Source of the DNA: an uncultured delta proteobacterium | Lineage (GTDB): Bacteria; Desulfobacterota; Desulfomonilia; UBA1062 | Length of the DNA: 64,000 nucleotides | Assembly: GCA_963785235.1 (NCBI GenBank) | Contig: CAWAUM010000011.1 | Coordinates: 192,001-256,000, forward strand | Direction: 5' to 3' | Shown here: piece after piece, positions 1-11,263 of the stretch | Layout: each line of letters starts with the position of its first letter | Position numbering within the stretch: the first letter of the stretch is position 1 | Notes under the pieces: model-generated | What the model saw: only the letters and a program-made list of their open reading frames with translations | Database searches by the model: none | What the model was told of the DNA's origin: nothing | Translations under genes and position numbers: made by a program

Positions 1-2550
1 TCCTTGCCTGCCACATCGCCCGTCACATAGGTGACCCTCCTGAGGTTCTTGTGATAAATGGTCTTTTCCTCAATGCCTTCATGCGCCATGACAAGCTCTG
101 CCAAAGGAACGAAGCCGCCTGAGGGCTTCGGTACAGCGATCGAGAGCAGCCTGTTCAGGTCGGACCTTTGATCAAGGGGCATGCGGAGCATGATCTCCAC
201 CGGCTCCTTTTCGCTTTCCATGTGCGCCAGTCCGGCACCGGCACCGCTCAGGGCAATATGGATGACCTGGGCAATAGACTGGGTGCTTATGCCGCTTTGC
301 TCTGCCTTTTCCTGATCTACCTCGATACTGATTTTTTTCTGGTCATCCTCCACAAACCAGTCCACATCCACCACGCCTTCGGTCTTCTCAAATATGCCGC
401 GAATTTGTTTCGCAATCTCCACCTGCCTGGTCGTGTCCGGGCCATAGATCTCCGCCACCAGCGTACTCAGAACCGGCGGGCCCGGCGGGATCTCGGCCAC
501 CTTGATGCGGGCCGCATATTTGTCGCCGATCTTCTTGAGTGTAGGCCTCAGGCGCTTGGCTATATCATGGCTTTGCGCCTTGCGGTCCGACTTGGCCACG
601 AAATTAACCTGGATGTCAGCCACGTTGCTGCCGCTTCTCAAGTAGTAATGCCTCACCAGTCCGTTGAAATTGTATGGCGATGCAGTGCCTACATAGGCCT
701 GGTAGTCCGTGACCTCGGGTACGGTCTTCAGGTACTCAGCCATCTCCCGCGTGAGGGCAGCCGTCTCCTCCAGGGTCCTGCCCTCGGGCATGTCGATGAT
801 GACCTGCAGTTCGCTCTTGTTGTCAAAGGGGAGCATTTTTACCGTGACGGCCTTCAAGGGAAGGAGGGCCATGGCAAGTACAAGCAGCCCCAAGATCACC
901 GCAAAGGCCATCCGCCTTTTCTTCGATACGTCAAGGAGCGGGCCAAGAAGTTTCTCATAGAGCGCTCTGGAGCTTTCCGCCTTCCTCATTCTCCGGTTCA
1001 TGGCGCACGTTTTTCAGGACAATGTAGGCAAGCCACGGGCTTACGATAAAGGCGACGAGCAGGGAAAACAGCATGGCAGCGGATGCCCCCACCGGGATCG
1101 GCCTCATGTACGGCCCCATAAGGCCCGAGACAAAGGCCATGGGCAGCAGGGCTGCGATGACTGCGAAGGTGGCCAGGATGGTGGGGTTGCCCACCTCATC
1201 TACGGCAAAGACCGCTGTTAAGGGCTCGATTGCATGCATGCGGAAGTGGCGGGTGATGTTTTCAACCACCACGATGGCGTCATCCACCAGGATGCCGATG
1301 GAAAAGATCAGGGCGAACAGGGTGACCCGGTTGAGCGTATACCCGTAGAGATAATTGATGAGAAGCGTCAGTGCCAGGGTGACCGGCACGGCAACCGCGA
1401 CGACGACAGCCTCCCGGCGGCCCAGGGCAAGGGCGATAAGGACAATGACCGAAAAGGTGGCGATGAGCATATGGTACAGCAGTTCGTTTGACTTTTCCTT
1501 TGCGGTTTCACCATAATCCCTTGTGACCGTCACCTGCACGTCTCTTGGAAGGAGCGTGCCCCTGAGGGCCTCAACCTTGTGCAGGGCGTCCTCGGCCACG
1601 ACACTGGCATTGGCGCCCTTCTTTTTGGAGATCGCCAGGGTCACTGCCTCGTACTGCCCGGCAGGATCGGCCTTTAATCCCTTGTGGGATGCGGCCGGAC
1701 CAAGGCCCATGAAGACATAGTTTGCAGGCTCTTCCGGACGGTCGGTGATGGTTGCGACATCATGCAGGTATACAGGCCTATTATTATCTACATTGATCAC
1801 GATATTGCCGATATCCGTGGCGTCTGTTAGAAACCGGCCTGTCTCCACGATGGTTTCCAGGTTTCCTGCCGGAAAGGCGCCCGAGCCGATGATGACATTT
1901 GCCTCCTGGAGTTTGTTCATGATCTGGAAGGCAGATACATGGTGGGCCTGCAGGCGCGCCGGGTCCAGGGTGATGAGGACCTGGCGGCGCTGCCCCCCGG
2001 TCACTGAGCTTTCCGAGACATCCTGGCCCTTTTTGATCTCCTCGCTGAGCTGCATGGCAACCCGGCGCAGCTCATAGCCGGAGTATTGCGGTTTGTCGCT
2101 CCACAGGGTGAGCGCCAGGATGGGGACGTCGTCGATGGACTTGGGCTTTACCATCGGCTGTGATACGCCCGGCGGGATGATGTCATAGTTGGACATGAGC
2201 TTGTTGTAGAGCTTCACCAGGCTTTCTTCCATGTTTTCGCCCACGTAGAAGCGAACAATGGTCAGGTTGGAACCGGGCCTGACAATGGAATAGACATATT
2301 CCACCCCCTTGATCTCCCAGAGGAGCTTCTCCATAGGGTAAGTGACCAGCTGCTCAACCTCTTTCGGGGAGGCTCCGGGAAAGGCCACCATGACATCGAT
2401 CATGGGCACCACGATCTGGGGTTCTTCCTCACGGGGCGTGACCATGACGGCAAAGACACCCATGAGCAGTGCTGCAAACACCATCAGCGGGGTGAGTTTT
2501 GAAGTGATGAAGGCCTTGGCGATCCTGCCGGAGATGCCGATCATCTTCAT
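1..2550 (-). CDS. Efflux RND transporter permease subunit (AcrB/AcrD/AcrF family); frameshift near 965; runs off the left edge
   Basis: ORF 955-2550 has [21 protein letters not shown] and multiple TM segments. A second frame continues YEKLLGPLL...[21 protein letters not shown]...[19 protein letters not shown] to the window edge. Confidence 0.9.
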
Positions 2551-3680
2551 TGTCCGTTCTGTGCCTCTATGATGCCACCGTCCACGACCTTTTCGATGCC
2601 GGAGGTGATGATCCGTTCATGGGGAGAAAGTCCGGAAAGGACCTCAGTGCCCTGCGCTGATTTCCGGCCTTCTTGTATCAGCCGGTAGGTGATGACGCCC
2701 TTTGCGTCGACTACATACACACCGGTAAGCTGCCCTTTCCGGATGATTGCGCCGGCCGGCACGAGGAGAACCTCCTTCTTCCCGACCGGTATTTTCACCC
2801 GCACATAGAGGCCGCTTCTCAGTTCTTTATCCGGCAGCCCTATCTTCACAATGAAGGACCGTGAGCTGGGGCTTATATCCGGAAGGATGTCCCTCACTAT
2901 ACCATCAAGACGCCTCCCCAGGGCATCGATCGTCACCTCCACTGGCATGCCTGTCCTGATCTTGCCTGAGAGGCCTTCGTCAATGGCCGCCTCCACATAG
3001 GCATCGCCCAGTGCCTCAATGACAAGCAGCGGGATGCCAGGCGAGGCCATGCTGCCTATATCGAGGTATTTTTTTGTCACAACGCCGGCAGCAGGGGCAA
3101 CGATACGGGTGAAGGCCAGGAAGGTCTTTGCCTCATCCGCCATGGCCTGTGCGCGCATGAAATCTGCATAGGCCATGTTCCGTTTCGCCTCTATCTGGTC
3201 CTTTTCCTGAGTCGAGATGCTCTTCTGCTCAAAGAGGGCGGAAAAGCGCTTCCAGGTTATCTCGTTCATGTCCCTGTTCTGGCGGGCAGCCTCCAGGGCC
3301 ATGGCAGCCGCATTCATGCGTTCTCTTGCATCACGGTCATCAATGGTGAGCAGCAGCTGTCCTGCCTTGACCCTGTCTCCCTCCCGGACCATAAAGGAGG
3401 TGACGGCCCCCATGACGCGGCTGGAGATGATGCTTGTGCGGTCCGATCTGATGGTGCCCGATGTCTCGTATATCTCGTCGGTCTGTTTGGGCATCACGGA
3501 AGTGATGGTGACCCCTGTGACCGAGGGGCGTTCGATTCCTTTCTTTTCGTGTTTTGCCTCGCATCCTGTCAGAACACTACCGAGAATGATCATGCATGCA
3601 AGAAAACAGACAGTGCCTGGGGAGTAAGCACCCTGTGAGCGCTTTCTTCCGATATCCTTGTGGATGTGTCTCATGTACAT
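2547..3680 (-). CDS. Efflux RND periplasmic adaptor (membrane fusion protein), lipoprotein-like
   Basis: VLTGC lipobox, [13 protein letters not shown] lipoyl motif, [11 protein letters not shown]; overlaps the permease start. Confidence 0.92.
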   Translation of the reverse strand: MYMRHIHKDIGRKRSQGAYSPGTVCFLACMIILGSVLTGCEAKHEKKGIERPSVTGVTITSVMPKQTDEIYETSGTIRSDRTSIISSRVMGAVTSFMVREGDRVKAGQLLLTIDDRDARERMNAAAMALEAARQNRDMNEITWKRFSALFEQKSISTQEKDQIEAKRNMAYADFMRAQAMADEAKTFLAFTRIVAPAAGVVTKKYLDIGSMASPGIPLLVIEALGDAYVEAAIDEGLSGKIRTGMPVEVTIDALGRRLDGIVRDILPDISPSSRSFIVKIGLPDKELRSGLYVRVKIPVGKKEVLLVPAGAIIRKGQLTGVYVVDAKGVITYRLIQEGRKSAQGTEVLSGLSPHERIITSGIEKVVDGGIIEAQNGQ

Positions 3681-3845
3681 ATCTCCTGTTATGCGAGGTA
3701 TATCAGAAAAGAAAAGTGTTCCAATATATAGTACTTATACTGTGCTGCACTTTAAAATCAATATCATCTGCAGATTGAGCCTCATGAACAGTGCCCGGAT
3801 CGAATCCGGATATGCATTATATCTAGTCATTGTTGATAAGAGTTT

Positions 3846-3863
3846 CATTGATTCAGATCAATG
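3846..3863. promoter_or_regulatory. FNR/Dnr-type box CATTGAT-TCAG-ATCAATG upstream of the RND operon
   Basis: Exact TTGAT-N4-ATCAA at 3848-3861. A minus-strand TATAAT at 3816-3821 points toward the MFP gene. Confidence 0.7.
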
Positions 3864-3955
3864 GAATGTATTGTTACGGACCGGCGAAGAGATTTCGCTG
3901 AGGAGGGGCCGTGCAGAAAGATGGCCATGAGGGCCATCCTCAGGTGATAAGAGTC

Positions 3956-4958
3956 TTATCCGCGCCCGCCGTAGTAGCGCGACGGCCCTTCCAGGCACCC
4001 CCACCCGCACTCGGTGAAGATCCTCCGGCAGCTCGCCACGGTCTCGCCGCGTCCGTCCTCGGTCTTTTCCATCACATCGCGCGGGTTGGCGCCCACTTCC
4101 GCCCAGAACAGGTTGGCCCCGGCCAAGCCCCCCAGCGTGCAGGGCTCGTGGGTGCAGTTTCCGGCCACCGTCCTGGGCATGCCGAGCCTCGTGACGGCCA
4201 CGATCTGGGCCATGCGGAGCTCGGTGATGGTGCCGAGCTTGGCCATCTCGGTGCCCGGGATGGGGATGCGCCTGGCCGCCCCGCTGTAGGCAGGGTTGAC
4301 CGACGCCGTGTAGCAGATGAGGTCCGCGAGCTCTTCGTTGGTGTGCTCGGGGCCCACGGGCTCCACGCAGGTGCCCACCAGGAGGCCCGCCTCCTGGAAG
4401 TTGCGGATGCTCTCCATGCGCTTCTTTGGGGACAACCGGGAGTCGATGCCCTCCCTCAGGCGCAGGGCGTGATAGACCCCGGCGATCCCGGCATCCTTCA
4501 TCTGCTTTGCAGCTTCGACGGTCTGGTCGCCCACGTTGGCGATGAGGATGGTCTCGGCCTTGAGGTTTCTCCTGATCTCCCGGGACATGTCCAGGAACAG
4601 CTCGAAGGGGTATTTGGCAGTGGTCATGACAAATACCGCATTGGCCCCGTCCTGTTCAAACTGCCGTGCATAAGCCACGGCCTGCTCCGGGTGTGATCCG
4701 GGTCTCTTCTTTAAAGACATTGTTCACCCGGGCAAATGAGCAGAACCTGCAGTCGGCCGGGCAGGGCGCCAGGTTGAGCGCCATCTGGGCATGCACCTCG
4801 GCCCTGTTGCCGGTGAGCTCCTTGGATATTCGGTTGGCCTCGGCCATGACGAGGTAGGTCTCGGGTGAGTCCTCACGCAGGCCCAGGAGGTCTATGAGTT
4901 CCTGGCGGGAAGGGAGCACCCCGTCTCTGGATCGTTTTATGGTGTCATTGATGTTCAC
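3956..4958 (-). CDS. Radical SAM protein (biotin-synthase-like, function unknown); frameshift near 4690
   Basis: GTG start at 4958 after GAGGGT; CPADCRFC motif in the tail of ORF 4656-6416; continues in ORF 3956-4720 (PEQAVAYARQFEQDGANAVFVMTT...). Confidence 0.85.
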
Positions 4959-5038
4959 ACATACCCTCGTTTCATCAGCGGATTCTTCATACATACCAGG
5001 TATAGGGTTCCGCGCAAGGCCTTTTCCGTTCAAGAACT

Positions 5039-6416
5039 TCACAGGGGCTCTGCGGCCTGGTGCCGTTTTTGACACATCCGGTACACTGCCGGGATGAGCG
5101 AAACCAGCACGATGAGGCCGATGCCCAGGAGCAGGTTTGTGGACACGTGCCCCTTGAGCAGGTTCAGGAGCGAGCTGGAAAACACGATGAACGCAATGCA
5201 GGCGGGCAGCGATAATTCCCATGAGAACCAGTGCCCGGCACAGTACGCCCTTCGGTCTCTCCCCGGCCCAGTACGTCCTCTCCCGGGAAGCGGATGCATG
5301 GATGGTCTTTCTGAAATGGCCCTTCAGGCGCAGCCTGTACAGGTAGGTCATATGCCCCCCGGCCACTGGACTCCTGCCGTTCAGGGCCATCTCGGGCTCG
5401 CAGAGTAGATCGAGGACATGGACGGTTTTTGAATGTGAGCCCATCTTCCGGGTGCATCCTGCGCAGTAGGTGGCCACCATACTGCCCTTGACCTCGGCTG
5501 CGGTGCGTTCCATCCAGCGGCCTGCCAGGTCGGGAGACAAAACATCGACCCCGGCCCCGCTGCCGCAGCACAGGGTCTGCTCCCTCGCATGGTCCATGTC
5601 ATGGAAAACCACACCGGCCCTGTCGAGATGTCTGCGCACCGCGTCGTGGCAGTCCGAGTGGAACCGGGTGCCGCACGGGTCGTGGAGCACGACCTCGCCC
5701 CTGTTCACGCCGGAGGCATCTTGAGCCATGGGCAGCACCTCGTAGATCATCCGCACATGGAGCCCGGTGCCGTACTCCTTGAACATGTCGTAGCAGTTGG
5801 GGCAGACCACGATGACCTCACGCACCCCATGTTCCACGAGATATGCGCCCATTTCATCCATCATGGCCCTTGAAAAGGCATCACGGCCAAGGCCCTGGGA
5901 TATGCGGCCGCAGCAGTCGAGCACGATGCCCAGGCTGGGGTCTTCCTTCCTTAATCTCTCGAAGATCTCTTTTGTCCTGGCCGGCCGTGTGCCCGGAAAG
6001 GCGCACCCCGGGAAGAGCACAGTCTCACACCCCCTGGGCAGGCCGTAGTAGGTGAAGCGCTTGGACATGCCGGTGCGTTCATAGCCCCAAAGCCCCTTGT
6101 GCTCGGGGAACGTCCCCTTGCCGCGATCAACGGATTCCCTGCGCATCTCCAGGAACATGTGGGCCGGTTCCGCATGAACAGGGCAGACAGCGGTGCAGAG
6201 CCTGCACAGGCTGCATTCGAAGGGCATGGCGAGACTCTGAGGGTTCGCCGGGTCATAACCGCTGGCGATCTCACCGGGCGTACCGTACTTCTGCAGGAAG
6301 GCGCATTCGTCGCGGCAGGCCCCGCAGTCCGTGCAGTTCTCCCGCACCCGGGCCAGGCTCTCCCGGAGACCTGCCCGCAGAGGGGGTGCTGCATCATGGG
6401 TTTTCCGGTCTTTCAT
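5039..6416 (-). CDS. (Fe-S)-binding protein (two ferredoxin-type Cys motifs plus two CCG domains) with a remnant C-terminal VTT/TVP38 tail
   Basis: CTDCGACRDEC, CSLCRLCTAVCP, FPGC, DCCG, VCPNC, HDPC, LCCG, YCAGC. The tail LPACIAFIVFSSSLL... lies in another frame (ORF 5039-5299). Confidence 0.85.
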
Positions 6417-6478
6417 AAATTATGGGGGCCTCTGAGAATTGATAGATTTACAGAAAGATATGAAATCTCATCTACGGT

Positions 6479-6547
6479 GTCATTCCCGCGGAGGCGGGAA
6501 TCCAGTAATTTTGTGTGTTGCTGGACTACCGCTTTCGCGGGGTTGGA
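6479..6547. repeat. REP/dRS3-like palindromic intergenic repeat
   Basis: GTCATTCCCGCGGAGGCGGGAATCCAG ... CTGGACTACCGCTTTCGCGGGGTTG; contains ATTCCC-N8-GGGAAT at 6482-6501. Confidence 0.7.
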
Positions 6548-6563
6548 TTTCATTCTACTGTTT

Positions 6564-7077
6564 TTAGTCGACCTTGCCGAGGGGGTAGTCTGCCTCGTCC
6601 CAGGCCTTGATGCCGCCCGGGAAGCGGTACACGTTCTTGTACCCGAGCTTCTTGGCCCACATGGCTCCGTTGTGGCTGCGGGTGCACTTCACGAAGCCGC
6701 AGTAGAACACGATGGTCTTATCCTTGTCCTGGCCGAGGAGTTTCACGAGCGCGTCCTGTGGTCTTGTCGTCGAGAGAGGTCATCTCCGGGATGGGGAACT
6801 CCATCTGGACCGCGCCCTTGACATGCTGCTTCTTATAGCTCGCTTCATAAGGCATCGTGTCTACGACGAGCATGTCCTTTTTCTGGTCAATCATATCCTT
6901 GAGCTCCTTGGCCGTGACCATGTCATAGCCGCCTCTGGCCACTTCACGGGCAAAGGTCACCGCGATCTGCTCGGTGTCCAGCTCCTTGGTGCCCCAGGCA
7001 GCCAGCGCGCTGGATGCAAAAGCGGCCACAAATACTGCGACCATGACGAATCCGATCATTCCCTTCAGTGTCTTCAT
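6564..7077 (-). CDS. Exported rhodanese-like protein; frameshift near 6755
   Basis: Signal peptide, then VVDTMPYEASYKKQHVKGA; second frame IVFYCGFVKCTRSHNGAMWA...YRFPGGIKAW. Confidence 0.88.
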
Positions 7078-7107
7078 AGTGTTCTTCTCCTCTTTGAGAA
7101 TATTTTT

Positions 7108-7601
7108 CTACTCAGTTCCTTCAGATCTGCCAGCATCCGGGGCGGCTCTGGCCTCTGGCATGACCATGGATTTTCCTGAGCGTGCCCACCTGGAAAGGTA
7201 CAGGTAGGGCACCACGATCCCACCCAGCACCAGGTCCCGCCAGAAGGCCTGCACCAGGCCTGCCTGCTTTGCCAGGTCGTCGGCCCCGAAGCACCCGCAG
7301 TCCACGTCCAGGTTCAGCGATATGCCGTAGCCCAGGACACAGATGAACATGCCCAGCAGGCCTGCGATGACGGCGAGGCTGCCCCGGATGTCCAGGAGCA
7401 GGCCGATGCCGGCCACGGTCTCGATGATGGGAAGGCCTACAGCCACTACGGGCAGGAGCATCTCGGGCACCAGGTCGTACCCGGAGATGGTCCGGGCAAA
7501 GGCCTTGGGGTCCAAGAGCTTGACCACCCGCCGTAGATGAACAGGGCCGCAAGGGCAACACGGACGACCCGGTAGGGCCAGATCCATGCAGACAAAGGCA
7601 T
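7108..7601 (-). CDS. MauE/DoxX family redox-associated membrane protein; frameshift near 7530
   Basis: N-terminus MPLSAWIWPYRVVRVALAALFIYGG joins VKLLDPKAFA...DVDCGCFG...FWRDLVL. Confidence 0.85.
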
Positions 7602-7971
7602 GGATAAGACCAATCACCCCTGTCCGATGTCTCTTTCTGATGTATCATCTTCTTTGTCCCCGGGAAAGTTTCCCTGATTTCGATTGCAAAACACCCACCT
7701 GATCTCAAGGGCCTGGCCTTGATGGTGAGCGCAGCGGGTTCGAGATATTATCTAGCCCAATAAGCCGCACATATCCAATTCATTGATCCTATTGATGCAC
7801 CCGCGTTCATTCATATTTTGCATGAGGCATACCTGTTAAATGCATGCTACAGTCATACATGTTCCGATAACGATGTTCTGCATGGGACCATTCGGCGACC
7901 CGATTGAGCAGCGAACTCTGCAGTATTGCTTTCAAAACGAGGGATGACCCACGCTTACAAAGGAGGCTCTC

Positions 7972-8040
7972 ATGAAGTACGGTGCACGTAACGCTATACA
8001 GGCCAGGGTGAAGTCAGTGAAAAAGGGCGATATCATGTCC
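7972..8040 (+). pseudogene. Truncated TOBE/Mop (molybdate-binding) gene, first ~23 codons only
   Basis: AAAGGAGG RBS, then MKYGARNAIQARVKSVKKGDIMS, matching the Mop/TOBE N-terminus (ARN motif). After that the frame reads the antisense of the neighbouring gene. Confidence 0.65.
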
Positions 8041-8051
8041 CCCAATTCAGC

Positions 8052-9024
8052 CTATGCCGCAAAGGTCAGCTTTGTCCCCGACATGTTGAGGATGAACTTG
8101 CTCCGGCATCTCGCGTTCAATGTGCATGATGGCCTTGCGGCCCGTGCAGTGGGTGGGCACCACGTAGAGCGGGTTAAGCGCCTTGAGTTCTTCGGTGGTC
8201 CGCTCGATGATGGGCTCGAAGAGGGGGCCGCTCAGGTGGAACCCTCCCATGACCGCGTATACCTTCTCAACGCCGGTGGTCTTCATGGCATGGCGAACCG
8301 TGTTGACCACGCCCGCGTGGGAACATCCGGTGAGGACCACTAGACCCTTGCCCTTCACGTTCACCGCGATACCCGTGTCATCTTCGATGGGGTCCCACTT
8401 TTCCTTGCCTGCCTTCTACCCGGTGGGCGATGGGGAAACCCTTCTCGAATTCGGTAAGCCGGGGGATCTCGCCGAGGAACAGGGCACTGTCCGTCCAGGA
8501 GCGGGTAGGGCTCGGTGGTTTCCATGAGTTTGATCCCCTCCTTGAGCACCGCGTCCCTGGTGAACTCGGGAAAGTAGACCTTGATCTCCTCGCCGAACTT
8601 CAGGTACCGGGGCTTCATGAAGACCCCGGGGTGGCAGACGAATTCGACCTTGTCCTTTTCCCCCTTGAGGAGCGAACTGAACATTGAAAAGCCGCCGGTG
8701 TGGTCCGAATGCCCGTGGGACAGCACCATGGCCTTCACGGAGCCGATGTCGGCGCCCAGCAGGGCGGCGTTCCTGGCCGCGCCGTCCTCGGAGAAACCCG
8801 AAGTCGAAGAGCAGGGATGAGACGTTGCCCTGGGCATGGACGCTCACCAGTGCCGAAAAACCGTGCTCGGCCAGGATGGAGTTCTTGATCTGCATGTCCT
8901 TCAGGGGGTTCGCCCGCTGGATGACTGCCGAGTTGTCCAGCGCCGTGACGTCGATGTAGTTGTCCTGCAGGGTCAGGATCTCCACCTTGTCCGCTTCAAG
9001 AATCCTCATATATGCCTCCTTCAT
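8052..9024 (-). CDS. MBL-fold metallo-hydrolase (COG1237-like); several frameshifts
   Basis: AEHGFSALV, LLFDFG, VLSHGHSDHTGG, VLTGCSHAG, MGGFHL and PTHCTG spread over ORFs 8416-9024, 8361-8837 and 8047-8364. Confidence 0.85.
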
Positions 9025-9099
9025 GCGCGCCGTCTAAGCGTCGTGCGGCAAGAGATGTCAATCTTGTACCTCTTAAATTGGGTAATCACTGAGACATCG

Positions 9100-9618
9100 T
9101 TACATTTTCAATAGACGTGAACCCTTTTTATTGAACACATTCATGAGCATGTTAAAGAATTGCATGAGTTTCAGTGTGGCAAATATGGCCTTCTGTTCTC
9201 CTGGCGGATAGGTTCTGCTGAAGGTCTCGTCCACGCTTTTATCCGGGAAGTCACCTTCATAGAGGACATAGGTTCGGACCCAATTCAATGCAATCCAGAC
9301 CTGCTCGTCGAAATCCTCTTTTCTAAGAAGCCCAAGAAGCTGGATATCTTCTTTTCTGAGACCTGCGATTCGACCGAATCGATAATGTGCATTGGTTCAG
9401 GCATTGCAGTCGTTGGTGCTCGCTACAGTCAACATGATCATCTCGCGAAAGCCCGGAGAAATAGCTCTCCCAAAATACACCCGGATCAAGTCGGGAGTAT
9501 AGGTGAGCAATTCAACCAGATTGTGCAAGAAATGGATGGGGTCTTTGAATTTGCGCTGCACAAACTGGCCAGGTCGATTGAACTTATCCCTTTCGTAGAA
9601 TAACGTGGTGAGTTTCAT
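9100..9618 (-). CDS. AhpD/carboxymuconolactone-decarboxylase-like protein, probable selenoprotein (CxxU), 172 aa
   Basis: ATG 9618; REMIMLTVASTNDCNA-TGA(9397-9399)-TNAHYRFGRIAGL... continues in frame into ORF 9100-9288; hairpin CGATTC-GGTC-GAATCG starts 15 nt after the UGA. Confidence 0.8.
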
Positions 9619-10943
9619 AGTGCCCCTGTCAGGACCGCTTGTGGCGGGCACGGCCCTTTGCTGCAGGTAGCTGCGGCCTGCATGGCGGCCTGATCCCTTG
9701 AGAAGTGCTCCCTTATGATGAGCCTGGAGAGCATGTCGGCCTGAATGTGGAAACGCTTGCTCAACACCAGGGCGCACCCGATGGTAATGGCCTCGCCCGT
9801 ATCTTTGTTCCTGGCAAAACCCACGAACCAGTTACGCCTGCCTTTTGGGTTGTCGCCGTCCATGCTTCCGCTCTTCCCGCCCATGGCAAGATGTTTGAGC
9901 ACCCTGTCCGACGACACTCCCCTGAAACTTTTCGCCACGGTGCCCGACTTCACGGTCTTCTCCATCATGGCCCGTAAGCTCTCTGCCGTACCCGCCCTCA
10001 TGACAGGGACCCTCTCGTCTTTTTCGGTCTTTACCAGCCTCGGTTTGACCATGTAGCCCCCGTTCAGGGCAGAAGTCACCATCTCGGCGGCATGAAGCGG
10101 TGATATGCGGGTCTGCCTGTTGAAGCCGCATGCCAGCTCTGCAAGGTTATATTCATCCCTGGGTGAGAAAGTGACGGATGCAGGAGATTCGAAGACTCTT
10201 AATGGCGATTGCCCGAACCCCAGTTTTCTGGCGGTCAGATTAATGGGCGCTTCGCCGAGATATATGGTTCCGAGCTTTCCGAATATGACGTTGTTCGATT
10301 TGGCAAAGGCATCCGTAAGGGTCAGGTCTGCGCTCCACCTGTCCCTCTTGTTTGTGAGCTGCCTTTTGTAAAGGGTATGGGCATTGCCGGTGTAGAAAAA
10401 CCTGGTGTCCCCTTGAAACCCTTTCTGCTCCATGGCGGCAGCTGCCGTGACCAGCTTGAAAATGCTGGCTGCGATCTCCGTATTGAGTGCCAGGGTGCAG
10501 TCTTCACCGGAAGGGGACTTGCCGTAGGCTGCAAGGATGTCACCGCTACGTGAGTCCATGACGACCACTGCACCCTGATAGAGCTTGTACCTGGCTGACA
10601 TATCAGTGATGAACTGCTGGAGCTCCCAGTCTATGGTGAGGTTACGGTTTTTGATCAGATCTTCACTTATATGAACGAGATCGTCTTTCCTCAGGGCTGC
10701 AGGTTTTGACTGAACCGGCGTCTGCCTGGCGAGTGCGGAACCCTTTGCCGTGGCCATATGGGCTGCTGAAGACTTGCCTGCAGAAATATCGCCTCCTTTG
10801 GCAACAACTTTGTCCCTGCTGCCCGGAGCCAGGAGGAACCACCCTGCCAGCAGGACGATTAAGAGCAGAAGATGCCGAAGACGCGGGAAGTGTCTTCTCT
10901 TCTTTCTCAGCAGATATGAGTCATCATAAACGTATTTGTTCAT
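9615..10943 (-). CDS. Penicillin-binding transpeptidase domain protein
   Basis: N-terminal TM; SIFK (SxxK), SNN (SxN) and KSG motifs; probable start MNKYVY at 10943. Confidence 0.85.
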   Translation of the reverse strand: MNKYVYDDSYLLRKKRRHFPRLRHLLLLIVLLAGWFLLAPGSRDKVVAKGGDISAGKSSAAHMATAKGSALARQTPVQSKPAALRKDDLVHISEDLIKNRNLTIDWELQQFITDMSARYKLYQGAVVVMDSRSGDILAAYGKSPSGEDCTLALNTEIAASIFKLVTAAAAMEQKGFQGDTRFFYTGNAHTLYKRQLTNKRDRWSADLTLTDAFAKSNNVIFGKLGTIYLGEAPINLTARKLGFGQSPLRVFESPASVTFSPRDEYNLAELACGFNRQTRISPLHAAEMVTSALNGGYMVKPRLVKTEKDERVPVMRAGTAESLRAMMEKTVKSGTVAKSFRGVSSDRVLKHLAMGGKSGSMDGDNPKGRRNWFVGFARNKDTGEAITIGCALVLSKRFHIQADMLSRLIIREHFSRDQAAMQAAATCSKGPCPPQAVLTGAL

Positions 10944-11263
10944 TGGTCGATATTTAATAGGTTTTTTACACAGGTAGACCGGATATGTCAACGAAGATAG
11001 ACTCTAAAGGCCAGTCCGTACCCTTCGCCATGGAGTCGCCGCCGTGACGGGGTGTGGGAGCAACTCATGGAAATGGGCCATGTCCCGACTCCTCGGTCTC
11101 AGGGTCATCTATAACATCGAGGGTTTTCCTCAGCCTTGAAAAGGCCCTTCATGCGGTGTACTCCATGCACGGTCCAAAAGAAATCCACTGTACTCCTGAT
11201 GAAAGCACTGGTAGGAAACAAGGGAATGTATCCGTGTAGAATCTCCAGAGGAGGGCAGGTATA

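Noticed and set aside
168-1049. Long antisense ORFs (also 19043-20647, 38068-39126 and others)
   Set aside because: Shadow frames of well-supported genes on the opposite strand in GC-rich DNA.
3888-3910. AGAGATTTCG..AGGAGG similarity to 12215-12235
   Set aside because: Too short and mismatched to separate from chance.
4656-6416. 586-aa Fe-S/radical SAM fusion ORF
   Set aside because: Artefact of the frame change at ~5205; the radical SAM has its own RBS and GTG at 4958.
7783-7796. TTGAT-CCTA-TTGAT as a third FNR box
   Set aside because: It is a direct repeat, not TTGAT-N4-ATCAA; it could be a LysR-type site but this is unsupported.
7850-7875. ModE-like site upstream of the mop fragment
   Set aside because: Only the right half (ATAACGAT) fits; too weak to call.
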